A DNA stretch of 30,148 nt from Chlamydiia bacterium (lineage in GTDB: Bacteria > Chlamydiota > Chlamydiia > Chlamydiales > JBMOFD01): assembly GCA_049314435.1 (NCBI GenBank), contig JBMOFD010000014.1:1-30148 (forward strand). The letters run 5' to 3'. This document shows positions 8,203 through 16,457 of the stretch, piece by piece. The position numbers were made by a program, and so were the translations under genes. The notes beneath the pieces were generated by a model. The model searched no databases. It saw only the letters and a list, made by a program, of their open reading frames with translations, and was not told the DNA's origin. The number at the start of each line of letters is the position of its first letter. Positions within the stretch are counted from its first letter, which is position 1.

Positions 8203-9526
8203 TGTCTTTCTGATCAGTCTTCTTGTCTTAGTCCCGCTCTGTGGGGAACCCTCCCGCGAGCTGGAGCTCACCGTCCATTTGCAGACGGAGGAGAAGCGCC
8301 TTCCGCTATTCCTTCATGTCGATCCCTCCTGCCCAACAGCGGCTCGAGAGGCTCTGCTCTTCGATCTGCATCATGGAGGTTATCTGGCCCCAGCCACGGT
8401 GGCGGCCGACGCATCGAAGACCCTTCAGGGCGATCTCTCCGCTCCCCATGTTCTCCGCCACGCCTCGAAAACAGGCGTCGCCTACCTGGCCTCTCTTCAA
8501 CCCACACCCGATGGCCAGTGGGTTTTAGAAGGCGTCTCTGTACGGGACGGGCGAGTGTGGAAAACACATCCTTGTCCTATGCCGATGGACCCTCTGGAAC
8601 AGCGGCGCTGGGTGCACATGCGGACAGACGCCCTTCACAAAGAGTTCTTCCAAAGGCCGCCGATCGCCACCAGGCGCATCCTCTACACGATCTCCCCTCA
8701 ATCCGATGGAGCCACCGAGATCTGGGAGATGGATTACGACGGCCAAGGTCGACGCAAGATCACCGGAGATGCGCACGTCTGCTTCAGCCCCATCTACCTG
8801 CCCGCCCAGCCGGGCCAGCGCCCCGAGGGAATCCTCTACGTGAGCTACCGAGCTGGGGTGCCCAAGCTTTTTATGATCACAGCTCCTGGCCGGGCCCCTC
8901 AACGTATCTCTGAGCTGGCTGGCAACCAATTCCATCCGGGGTTGAGTGCTCAGCAGGACCGCATCGCCTTCGTCTCAGATGCCGCAGGACGACCCGATCT
9001 CTTCATCCAGTCATTCTGTCCCAAGCGTGGTGGGATTGGACAAGCTCGTCAGCTCTACACAGCTCCTCATAGCGGACAAGCTTCACCAACCTGGAGCCCA
9101 GATGGAGCGCGCATTGCGTTTGTGTCCGACAAGGATAAGGGCCAACGCATCTACATCGTGCAGATCCCACCCTTAGGGACGCGGATTCAGGAGATCCAAC
9201 CCACCTGCATCACGAAAACACATCTCGAGAATACGGCGCCCTCGTGGTCACCTAACGGGCGCTATCTAGCCTACTGCGCCAAGGTCAGCGGTGTACGCCA
9301 GATCTGGGTGTATGACTTCGAGACAGGTCGGGAACGCGCCCTCACCTCGGGACCCCATCACAAAGAGAATCCCTGCTGGGCTCCTGACAGCCTACATTTG
9401 GTGTTCAATACGGCCACTTCAGGTCAAAGCGAACTTTTCTTAGCTAACCTCAACGAGGCCACGGCACAGCGTATTACACAAGGAAAGGGCATCAAACGCT
9501 TTCCCTTCTGGGAGCGAAGTCAATAG
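8195..9526 (+). CDS. tolB: Tol-Pal beta-propeller protein TolB
   Basis: Signal peptide, EIWEMDYDG, and PD40 repeats (SPTWSPDGARIAFVS, APSWSPNGRYLAY, ENPCWAPDSLHLVF). Confidence 0.93.
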   Translation: MRSVFLISLLVLVPLCGEPSRELELTVHLQTEEKRLPLFLHVDPSCPTAAREALLFDLHHGGYLAPATVAADASKTLQGDLSAPHVLRHASKTGVAYLASLQPTPDGQWVLEGVSVRDGRVWKTHPCPMPMDPLEQRRWVHMRTDALHKEFFQRPPIATRRILYTISPQSDGATEIWEMDYDGQGRRKITGDAHVCFSPIYLPAQPGQRPEGILYVSYRAGVPKLFMITAPGRAPQRISELAGNQFHPGLSAQQDRIAFVSDAAGRPDLFIQSFCPKRGGIGQARQLYTAPHSGQASPTWSPDGARIAFVSDKDKGQRIYIVQIPPLGTRIQEIQPTCITKTHLENTAPSWSPNGRYLAYCAKVSGVRQIWVYDFETGRERALTSGPHHKENPCWAPDSLHLVFNTATSGQSELFLANLNEATAQRITQGKGIKRFPFWERSQ

Positions 9527-9669
9527 GTCCTATCGGACTTTAGAAGTGCTTTCCTCCCATGGGCAGCCAGCTGCCAAGGACCATCTCTAGCCAACTAAAA
9601 CATCACGGCTTGCCTATGGAATCGTCCTGTGTTACAAATACGCTAGAGGACGTATTTCTGGGGGCCTTC

Positions 9670-10350
9670 ATGCATGTTCGGAAACTCAGTGCACTGCTTA
9701 CACTATGCTTTATTGGGCTGACAGGTTGCTCTAGAAGCCAGACGAGCACTTATGAGGATGCTAAAACTGCCGGGAGACATCTTGGCCGCGGCATTCGTGC
9801 GCTATTTGGGGATCTACGGGAAAGCCGCTTGGTCTCGTCAGCAGATGTATTTGCAGGGAATGATTTGAGCCAAGGATACGAGCTGGCTCCGGGAGCTGAA
9901 GAGCTCGCAGCGCTGTCAGGGGACCACGCCGTAGCGCTGTCCCCTGAATCGTTTGAAGGGACGCCTCCCATTGAGCGGTTCCAAGAGCCAGCCGGCGATT
10001 TGGCGAAGGTCTTCCAGCGCATTCCATTTGACACCGACTCCAGCAAGATTGAGGGCCCTGTAGCACAAAAGCATGTGCATCAGATTGCCCACTATCTGCA
10101 GAGCCACCCTGAAGTCTATGTCTTTGTCGAGGGCCATTGTGATGAACGCGGTCCCTCTCTCTACAACCTATCGCTAGGAGCACGGCGCGCGAACGCGATC
10201 CGCAGCGCTCTAGTGAAAGAGGGTGTGGAAGCCGATCGTCTCTTTACGATCAGCTACGGCAAAGAGCGTCCAGTTGTTCCAGGATCGAACGCAGACGCCT
10301 TGCGCCAAAATCGCCGGGGCCAATTCAAGCTCTACACTCAAGGGGAGTAG
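9670..10350 (+). CDS. pal: Peptidoglycan-associated lipoprotein Pal (OmpA-like domain)
   Basis: Lipobox IGLTGC, IPFDTDSS, VEGHCDERG, YNLSLGARRANAI, TISYGKERP and NRRGQF. Start moved to MHVRK (9670). Confidence 0.93.
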   Translation: MHVRKLSALLTLCFIGLTGCSRSQTSTYEDAKTAGRHLGRGIRALFGDLRESRLVSSADVFAGNDLSQGYELAPGAEELAALSGDHAVALSPESFEGTPPIERFQEPAGDLAKVFQRIPFDTDSSKIEGPVAQKHVHQIAHYLQSHPEVYVFVEGHCDERGPSLYNLSLGARRANAIRSALVKEGVEADRLFTISYGKERPVVPGSNADALRQNRRGQFKLYTQGE

Positions 10351-10355
10351 AGTCG

Positions 10356-10922
10356 ATGCGCTGGAGCCTGCTTCTCGTTCTGACCGTGGGGTGCGCGATG
10401 CCCAACGTGCACCAAAAGTCTGGTGTCAACGGTCCGGCGCCTGTAGCCGATCCAGCGGTCGTAGCCCGTGAGGTGCAAAAACTACGCACCGAATTCAGCT
10501 ACGTCCTGGAACGGCTCAGCAGTCAGCAGCAGAAGCTGGATGCCCTATCAGGGCCTCCCAGCGGAGGAACTGAATCACCTCTCAACCAGCGGCTCGACCA
10601 GCTGGCCAAAGAGGTGCATCAGTTACAGAGCCACACTCAAGACCTATCGACCGCTCTCAAGCGAATCCAGCTAGAGAGCATCAATCCCCTAGAACAGCGA
10701 TGTGACGAGCTAGCTCGCGTCAGACAAGACGTGGAGCAGTTGGTACGTGCGGTCGAAGGGACCCCCATCAGCACCGCCTCTGCGCGATCAGTCAAGGTCA
10801 GAGCTGGAGATACGCTGGAAAAGATTGCTCGAGCCAACGGTGCTACCGTTGAGGGCCTCGTACGACTCAACCGACTGAAGGGCGATCGAATCCATGTCGG
10901 CCAAACCCTTCTTCTCCCCTAA
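10356..10922 (+). CDS. Lipoprotein with coiled coil and C-terminal LysM domain
   Basis: Lipobox LTVGC, heptad-rich middle, LysM motif VKVRAGDTLEKIARANGATVEGLVRLNRLKGDRIHVGQTLLLP. Confidence 0.88.
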   Translation: MRWSLLLVLTVGCAMPNVHQKSGVNGPAPVADPAVVAREVQKLRTEFSYVLERLSSQQQKLDALSGPPSGGTESPLNQRLDQLAKEVHQLQSHTQDLSTALKRIQLESINPLEQRCDELARVRQDVEQLVRAVEGTPISTASARSVKVRAGDTLEKIARANGATVEGLVRLNRLKGDRIHVGQTLLLP

Positions 10923-11736
10923 TCCATCCATACGACCTTGCCTCGGCATGATCGATAGTGGTCTTGGAGGACTCTCTGTCCTTCGAGTCCTTTCGCAAGC
11001 TGGCTTTGCAGCCGACATCCTCTATCTCGGCGACACAGCCCGCGTACCCTACGGCTCGCGAAGCCCAGAGACGATCCGGAAGTGGACTCTTGAGTGCGCC
11101 TCTTGGCTCCTCTCTCAAGGTGCCCAGGCCCTCATGATCGCCTGCCACACTTCCTCTTGTTCAGGAGCCGCCTCGCTCATCCGACAGGCACTGGCGATGC
11201 CGGTCGTCGATATGGCAGAAGGAACCCAGCAAGCCCTTCTTGCCAGCAGCTCCTCTGGACCCATCGTCGTGCTCTCGACTGAAGCCACTCTACGCACCAG
11301 GATCTACGAGCTGTGGGCAGCAGAGCATCTTCCCCAACGGTCCTATCTGGGCATTGCATGCCCCATGCTGGTGCCGCTGGTGGAGGAGGGGCTTGCCTAC
11401 CACCCAGCTGCACGCTGTCTCATTGAACACTATCTGGAACCGTTGAGTGGGATGCAGCCTGGGACTCTGCTGCTAGGATGCACTCACTACCCAGCCCTGA
11501 CATCTCTTATTCAAGAGCACCTCGGACAAGACTGGGAGATCATCGATCCAGCTCAGTACTGTTTGGGATGGCTACGGGCACTGGCCCCAGAACGGGGCGC
11601 CCTTGACTGCTTGTGTCACTGCACCAGCGACCCCGTATCCTTCCAAAAACGGGGAGAGGCCCTACTACAGGCCCCCCTAGGATCATGCCGACTCGTTCAG
11701 CTCACAGAAGAGCCGGTAGAAGTCCCTACTCGTTAG
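10894..11736 (+). CDS. murI: Glutamate racemase
   Basis: DSGLGGLSV, YLGDTARVPYGSRS, IACHT (first catalytic Cys), ACPMLVPLVEEG and LLGCTHYP (second catalytic Cys). Confidence 0.93.
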   Translation: MSAKPFFSPNPSIRPCLGMIDSGLGGLSVLRVLSQAGFAADILYLGDTARVPYGSRSPETIRKWTLECASWLLSQGAQALMIACHTSSCSGAASLIRQALAMPVVDMAEGTQQALLASSSSGPIVVLSTEATLRTRIYELWAAEHLPQRSYLGIACPMLVPLVEEGLAYHPAARCLIEHYLEPLSGMQPGTLLLGCTHYPALTSLIQEHLGQDWEIIDPAQYCLGWLRALAPERGALDCLCHCTSDPVSFQKRGEALLQAPLGSCRLVQLTEEPVEVPTR

Positions 11737-12427
11737 GGAGCTCGTCGCGGAATCGGTAGCCGATACCTCGCACCGTCTCGATCCACTGGAAGTTGGGGCC
11801 CAACTTCTTGCGCAAAGCCGCGATGTGCACGTCGATGTTACGGTCCACAATGAACGCCTCATCATTGTTGACGTCATCGAGGAGCTGATTGCGGGTGAGC
11901 ACCTTGCCACGGTTCAGGACCAGACGACGAAGGATTCCGAACTCGCTCAGCGTCAGAGCGACGGACTTGTCGCCTTTCTTCAGCAGATGGCGATCGAGCT
12001 CGAGGTTGAACTCTCCAAACGCCAACACTTTGGGAGCCTTCTCTGGCTCCTTGCCTCGACGGAGGACAGCCTTGATGCGAGAGAAGAGAACTTTCGGAGA
12101 GAAGGGCTTGGCGACGTAGTCATCCGCACCCAGCTCCAACCCCAACATCACATCTAGGTCGTCCCCCTTCGCTGAGACAATCACTACAGGGATCGCTTTC
12201 AGGTCGGGATTCGCCCGCATCTTACGCACGACGTCCAAGCCATGCTGTCCTGGGAGCATGATATCCAGAATCACCAGGTCGGGGCGCTCACGCTCGATAG
12301 CCCGAAACCCGTTGATGCCGTCCGTTTCCACATGCATCTTATAGCCAGAAATTTCAGCCTGGAGCTTGATCAGAGCTGCGATATCCTCTTCATCTTCGAT
12401 CAAGAGTAGTCTTTTCTTCTGGCTCAT
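11726..12427 (-). CDS. OmpR/PhoB-family response regulator (no adjacent kinase)
   Basis: LLIEDE, PDLVILDIMLPG (phospho-acceptor Asp), LGADDYVAKPFS, and winged helix LTLSEFGIL...RNIDVHIAALRKKL...IETVRGIGYRF. Start taken at MSQKK (12427). Confidence 0.95.
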   Translation of the reverse strand: MSQKKRLLLIEDEEDIAALIKLQAEISGYKMHVETDGINGFRAIERERPDLVILDIMLPGQHGLDVVRKMRANPDLKAIPVVIVSAKGDDLDVMLGLELGADDYVAKPFSPKVLFSRIKAVLRRGKEPEKAPKVLAFGEFNLELDRHLLKKGDKSVALTLSEFGILRRLVLNRGKVLTRNQLLDDVNNDEAFIVDRNIDVHIAALRKKLGPNFQWIETVRGIGYRFRDELPNE

Positions 12428-12705
12428 GATTCCCCTCACAGGGCGACGGCTCCCTGAATTCACCCAGGAGAGGGGCCTCGCACTTTGTTGATGATCTCTA
12501 TCTAGCAGGGCTCTTCACCCTACCTTCACTCGCGCTTCCCACCCGTACTGCCCTTTCCAGGACCTAATGCCCAGAGCAAACAGCGCCTTACCGGATGGTC
12601 ATCGCACATTCAGGCTCCATAGATAGCGCGAGAAGGAATTTTGTAGCTAGACAAGGCTGCATTATTGTGTACTGTGGGGAAAGTGCCTCATGAGGATGCC
12701 GCCGT

Positions 12706-12754
12706 CGGGATGCCCAAATCCTCTCATAAAGAGTGAGAGGATTTGGGCATCCCG
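12706..12754. repeat. Perfect 21-bp inverted repeat with 7-nt loop
   Basis: CGGGATGCCCAAATCCTCTCA-taaagag-TGAGAGGATTTGGGCATCCCG in the divergent intergenic region. Confidence 0.95.
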
Positions 12755-12788
12755 GTCTGCAATCCAGGAGGCCTTAAGGTGCTTCCCT

Positions 12789-13649
12789 ATGGTCTCATCC
12801 TCGCCCTCGTTCGATGCTAGCCTCGCCGAACAGACCTTCCTGCTTCAGCAGCCCTGGTTTCGCGGCCTCCGACGCCTGGTTCAGCGTCGCATCTTCCTCT
12901 ATGGTGGAGCCGCCTGCCTGATCCTTCTCCTTATCGTCGGATGTGTCGTGACGAGCTCTCATGCGCCACTGAGAACCTGGTTTGCCATGACTTTGGCCTC
13001 CACCGGGCTGGGGTTTTTCGCCATCTTTCTAGCCTGGCTCTATGAGCATGCACGCTCTGAAGAGATCCTCGAGCAGTGGATCGTGGATCTGCCCAGCACC
13101 CTGGGCCGGATGCCTGCATCGCCCGAGCTGATGCGCTGGATCGACGATCTTGAGGTCATGCCTGCAGCCTCCATCACTCTGTTCATCCGGAAGCCTCTCC
13201 TGAAGCAGATCCAGCAGCGGCTGCTTGTGCATGCAGAAGAGCTCGCCGTGGCCTCTGTTGTGGCTCAGCCCCTGGAGTGGCATACCCATGCTGACCTGGC
13301 GACCAGCCTCAGCCGACTCTATCAACTGGATGGGGAAGATGAGGTGAAGTTACGAGCTCTTGAGGAGTTAGCCATCCTCCAAACCCTCGCCCCTCAAGAC
13401 CCGGAATGTTGGAGCAGGATTGTGGAGTGCGCGACTGACCTAGAAGAGGATGAGGTGGAGCTGCATGCCCGTGAACGGCTCTCGCTCCTGCGTACAGACC
13501 GAGAGCCCACCGTGGCCCTGGGAAGGGCCCTCTTTCGCTGTGGGCTCTCAGGACGTGCCTTTGCCCTATACCGCCAACTCTTGGCGGAGGATCCTGAAGC
13601 GGCACAGCAGCTAATTCAAGAATACCGCCCACAACTCAGTAGCACCTAG
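12789..13649 (+). CDS. Membrane protein with two N-terminal TM helices and C-terminal TPR-like repeats
   Basis: Two hydrophobic segments, then helical repeats (QPLEWHTHADLATSL; RALEELAILQTLAPQDPECW; VALGRALFRCGLSGRAFALYRQL). Start taken at MVSSS (12789); the ORF track start is 12690. Confidence 0.7.
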   Translation: MVSSSPSFDASLAEQTFLLQQPWFRGLRRLVQRRIFLYGGAACLILLLIVGCVVTSSHAPLRTWFAMTLASTGLGFFAIFLAWLYEHARSEEILEQWIVDLPSTLGRMPASPELMRWIDDLEVMPAASITLFIRKPLLKQIQQRLLVHAEELAVASVVAQPLEWHTHADLATSLSRLYQLDGEDEVKLRALEELAILQTLAPQDPECWSRIVECATDLEEDEVELHARERLSLLRTDREPTVALGRALFRCGLSGRAFALYRQLLAEDPEAAQQLIQEYRPQLSST

Positions 13650-14563
13650 GTCAGCCAGCCCAGGCGAGTCCACGCCACCGTACCGACGAGAATGCCAAGA
13701 CCGCACAGGGCTGTGGCACCCCAGCTCACCTTCTCGCGATAGAGCCAGCGTGACCAGCCGTTGGTGAACGCGATGATCGCGATCGCAAAGAGCGGGAAGA
13801 TCATCACGTGTTCAGGCCCTGTGGCTGCTACGATCCCCTGCACCAGGCACCAAGCCCCAGCTCCGTTTGCAGCACCCCCAGCCAAGCCATTGATCCACTC
13901 CGCGGTCCTTGGCCAGCGTCTCTCCGTAGCACCAAAGAAGAGGATCTGCGCAGCAAACGCAGCAAGGAACATCCCCGGCAGGAACCATCCCTCCATAGAA
14001 GGCTCAAGACGGATAGGCAATAGATGATGCGTAGGTAAGTCAACTCGCATGAGAAGACAGCGCCACTGCATGATGACCATCAGAGTCGCATGCAACAGAA
14101 GCGCAACACCACTTGGAACAAACCAACGCCACGGAGCACGCTCGTGACGGGCAGCCCAAAAGAGTCCTAGGAGCACCAAAAAGAGTCCCACCATCTGGGC
14201 TGTGGTGAGATCAAACCCAAATGCCATGCCAAAGAGAATGGCCATAACAGGCCCTGGAAGCACAGTCGCTGCGTTCAAGGCGGCAAAGGTCAAGCCCGGT
14301 GGACCGCTCGCAAGGGCACGTCCCGTCGCACACATCATCCCAAAGACACAGAGCCCAGCCACAGCCCCTATCCCCAGCACAGGACCGGCGCGGCCCATAT
14401 CCTGAATGGCTTGTGGACAGACGGCCAAGTTGAGGATGAGCGAGGTCCCAAATTGTAGGAGAAGAAAACCCTGTGGTGTTCCGCCACCGTCGAGGGTCCG
14501 CCTCATGAAAAAGTTGGAGATCGCTGCAAACACGGCAGCGAGTAACACGATCAAGATCGCCAA
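13646..14563 (-). CDS. EamA/DMT-superfamily membrane transporter
   Basis: About 10 TM helices in two repeats, ALASGPPGLT motif, C-terminal LYREKVS...LCGLGILV. TTG start after GGAGG. Confidence 0.8.
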   Translation of the reverse strand: MAILIVLLAAVFAAISNFFMRRTLDGGGTPQGFLLLQFGTSLILNLAVCPQAIQDMGRAGPVLGIGAVAGLCVFGMMCATGRALASGPPGLTFAALNAATVLPGPVMAILFGMAFGFDLTTAQMVGLFLVLLGLFWAARHERAPWRWFVPSGVALLLHATLMVIMQWRCLLMRVDLPTHHLLPIRLEPSMEGWFLPGMFLAAFAAQILFFGATERRWPRTAEWINGLAGGAANGAGAWCLVQGIVAATGPEHVMIFPLFAIAIIAFTNGWSRWLYREKVSWGATALCGLGILVGTVAWTRLGWLT

Positions 14564-14741
14564 GATAGGCCTCCGTTAGGCAATGCTGCTGGCCAATGTA
14601 GACGCCCGCATGCCGAAACTGCAAGTCCGCTTCGAAGAACTGTCGCAATAGAGCGCGTGTGCATTGCGCATTAGAACGGCTCCGTGAATACTTGTGCGCA
14701 CTCTTACTCCGAACAGCATCCGAACCACTAGAGCTCTCTCC

Positions 14742-15692
14742 ATGTCCAGTGCATCTCCTTCCACTATGGCCCCTCTCTCTCCACCTATGGCATTGGTCGG
14801 CATCGACCGCGGCTACGCCTCATGCGCCTCCTATGCGCCCTACAAAAGAGCCTTCCGTGCTGCCTTTACGCAGGATCAGGCGCCAAGCTCATCCGCAGCC
14901 TCGCTGTTACAACGAGTCACCCACCCCAAATATGGGGATCACTGCTCTTCCCAGGCGGTTCTGGGCATCCTGTACGATCGCTGCGTCACCGAACGAGCCT
15001 CCGTCGACCGTGGTCTCACAGCCATCAACAAACACCTTGCCATCCAGCCGCCCAGGTCTGAGCCACAGCGCAGCCATAAGGTATGGATCACGGACCTATT
15101 TTGCAGCCTACGAGGTCTACAGAACCATACGACCCCGGAGAAATTCTGGCGCATGGAGGTGGTCCAAAGAGCACTGAACAGTGTACGTTATGACGAGCCC
15201 CCAGAGATCCAAAAACTCTGGAACGAAGAGGTGCTCTCACTGCTCTGCCCTAAAGACCCGCCCATGAAGTCGAATCCCTACCATGCTCTCTTTGATGAAC
15301 AGGTTCCTGCCTCTCGCGAAGAACGGCTCACTGGTTTGAGCTATAGCCTTTTACTTCTGCTTTCATCTCCTCGAGGTTGTGACCGGTCCTCCCTCACCAA
15401 GCTGCCGCAGCCTCTTGTCCTGTCCATGATGAGAGCGCTCCATCTGGAGGAGCGGCTAGGTCCTGAGCAGGGAAGAGAGGTCAGCGTCAAGCAAGCGCGA
15501 TCAGCCACAGACCTCCTCGTATCGACCATGTGCCATGCGCGGGCAGCACAGCTACCTGACGTCGTTCAGTATCTCCTGGACGTCGTACGCGATGTAAACC
15601 GCCAGTACGTTGAGCAGTACTCTGGGAAGGAAGATCTAGCGGCTCAACTGCAGAGTGATTTGGTGGCCAAGTTCATGCCAGCCCGTTTGTAA
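14742..15692 (+). CDS. Hypothetical protein (~316 aa), Ser/Pro-rich N-terminus
   Basis: Long ORF filling the gap between genes. No recognised domain and the start is uncertain (14694 or 14742). Confidence 0.65.
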   Translation: MSSASPSTMAPLSPPMALVGIDRGYASCASYAPYKRAFRAAFTQDQAPSSSAASLLQRVTHPKYGDHCSSQAVLGILYDRCVTERASVDRGLTAINKHLAIQPPRSEPQRSHKVWITDLFCSLRGLQNHTTPEKFWRMEVVQRALNSVRYDEPPEIQKLWNEEVLSLLCPKDPPMKSNPYHALFDEQVPASREERLTGLSYSLLLLLSSPRGCDRSSLTKLPQPLVLSMMRALHLEERLGPEQGREVSVKQARSATDLLVSTMCHARAAQLPDVVQYLLDVVRDVNRQYVEQYSGKEDLAAQLQSDLVAKFMPARL

Positions 15693-15778
15693 CCGGTGAG
15701 GGTCACCTTTCCCATGGGGTGACTTGGACACAAATCACTGTTCATTGGACAAGCGGTTCAGCAAACCATGGAGAGATC

Positions 15779-16186
15779 ATGAGAAAGCTGAACTGGCTAT
15801 ATGCCGCACCCCTGATGGTCCTATTGATCAGCACCACTGGGTGGAGCACCAAAACCATTCGCGATATTGCCAAGTCGTGTCCAAACAACGCCGCCTGTTG
15901 GACCGAAGCTTGTGCCCATTTTCAGGCACTTGACTCCGACCCAGGTACCATGACCCTCCAGCTGAATAATCTGGTGAGTAACTGGTCTGACATCCAATCC
16001 AAGACGCAGGGACACCACACCAAATTCTGTAATTGGTGTGCTATCACGACCAGTGCCCACGCCCACCTCGGCACCAGTCAATTCGCTGGGAACAGCCATC
16101 TCATGGACATCCAAAAATCTCTAGGCACCATGCTGAAAGATTGCCCTTCCGACTGTGACTTTTCTGCAGATTTGACCTGTCCCTGA
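15779..16186 (+). CDS. Small secreted Cys-rich hypothetical protein (135 aa, 8 Cys)
   Basis: GGAGAG RBS, signal peptide MRKLNWLYAAPLMVLLISTTGWS, 8 cysteines in the mature part. Confidence 0.7.
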   Translation: MRKLNWLYAAPLMVLLISTTGWSTKTIRDIAKSCPNNAACWTEACAHFQALDSDPGTMTLQLNNLVSNWSDIQSKTQGHHTKFCNWCAITTSAHAHLGTSQFAGNSHLMDIQKSLGTMLKDCPSDCDFSADLTCP

Positions 16187-16198
16187 TCGCAGCCTTGT

Positions 16199-16366
16199 CT
16201 AGCCGTGGGCCTCCGTGTTCGAACACGGAGGCCTAACGGATGCCTTTGCGTGTTCCGGCATTTGAAGATTGATCGTGACTTTGACGTGATACAACGAAAA
16301 GATCACCAGAGCCGTCAGCACCAAAAGCCAAATCAGTAACAGGGGATTTTCTTTAAAGAGTTTCAC
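16199..16366 (-). CDS. Small single-TM membrane protein (55 aa)
   Basis: GGAGG, 5 nt, GTG start at 16366. Sequence MKLFKENPLLLIWLLVLTALVIFSLYHVKVTINLQ... Confidence 0.55.
   Translation of the reverse strand: MKLFKENPLLLIWLLVLTALVIFSLYHVKVTINLQMPEHAKASVRPPCSNTEAHG
16208..16233. repeat. Perfect 26-bp palindrome near the junction of convergent genes
   Basis: GGCCTCCGTGTTC|GAACACGGAGGCC with no spacer and no U-tract. Confidence 0.9.
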
Positions 16367-16457
16367 AAATGCCTCCAAAATGGAGCACGACCATAAACAA
16401 CCCACACTGATCATGCAACGGCCCAGATTCTCCTGCACTCGAGCCTCATAGCACCCG

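Noticed and set aside
12480..12600. Riboswitch (e.g. cobalamin-like GGGAAG) upstream of the response regulator
   Set aside because: Only isolated short motifs; no convincing conserved secondary structure could be built by eye.
14211..15177. Alternative ORFs 14211-14648, 14576-14803 and 14659-15177
   Set aside because: They overlap better-supported genes in other frames and have composition typical of shadow ORFs.
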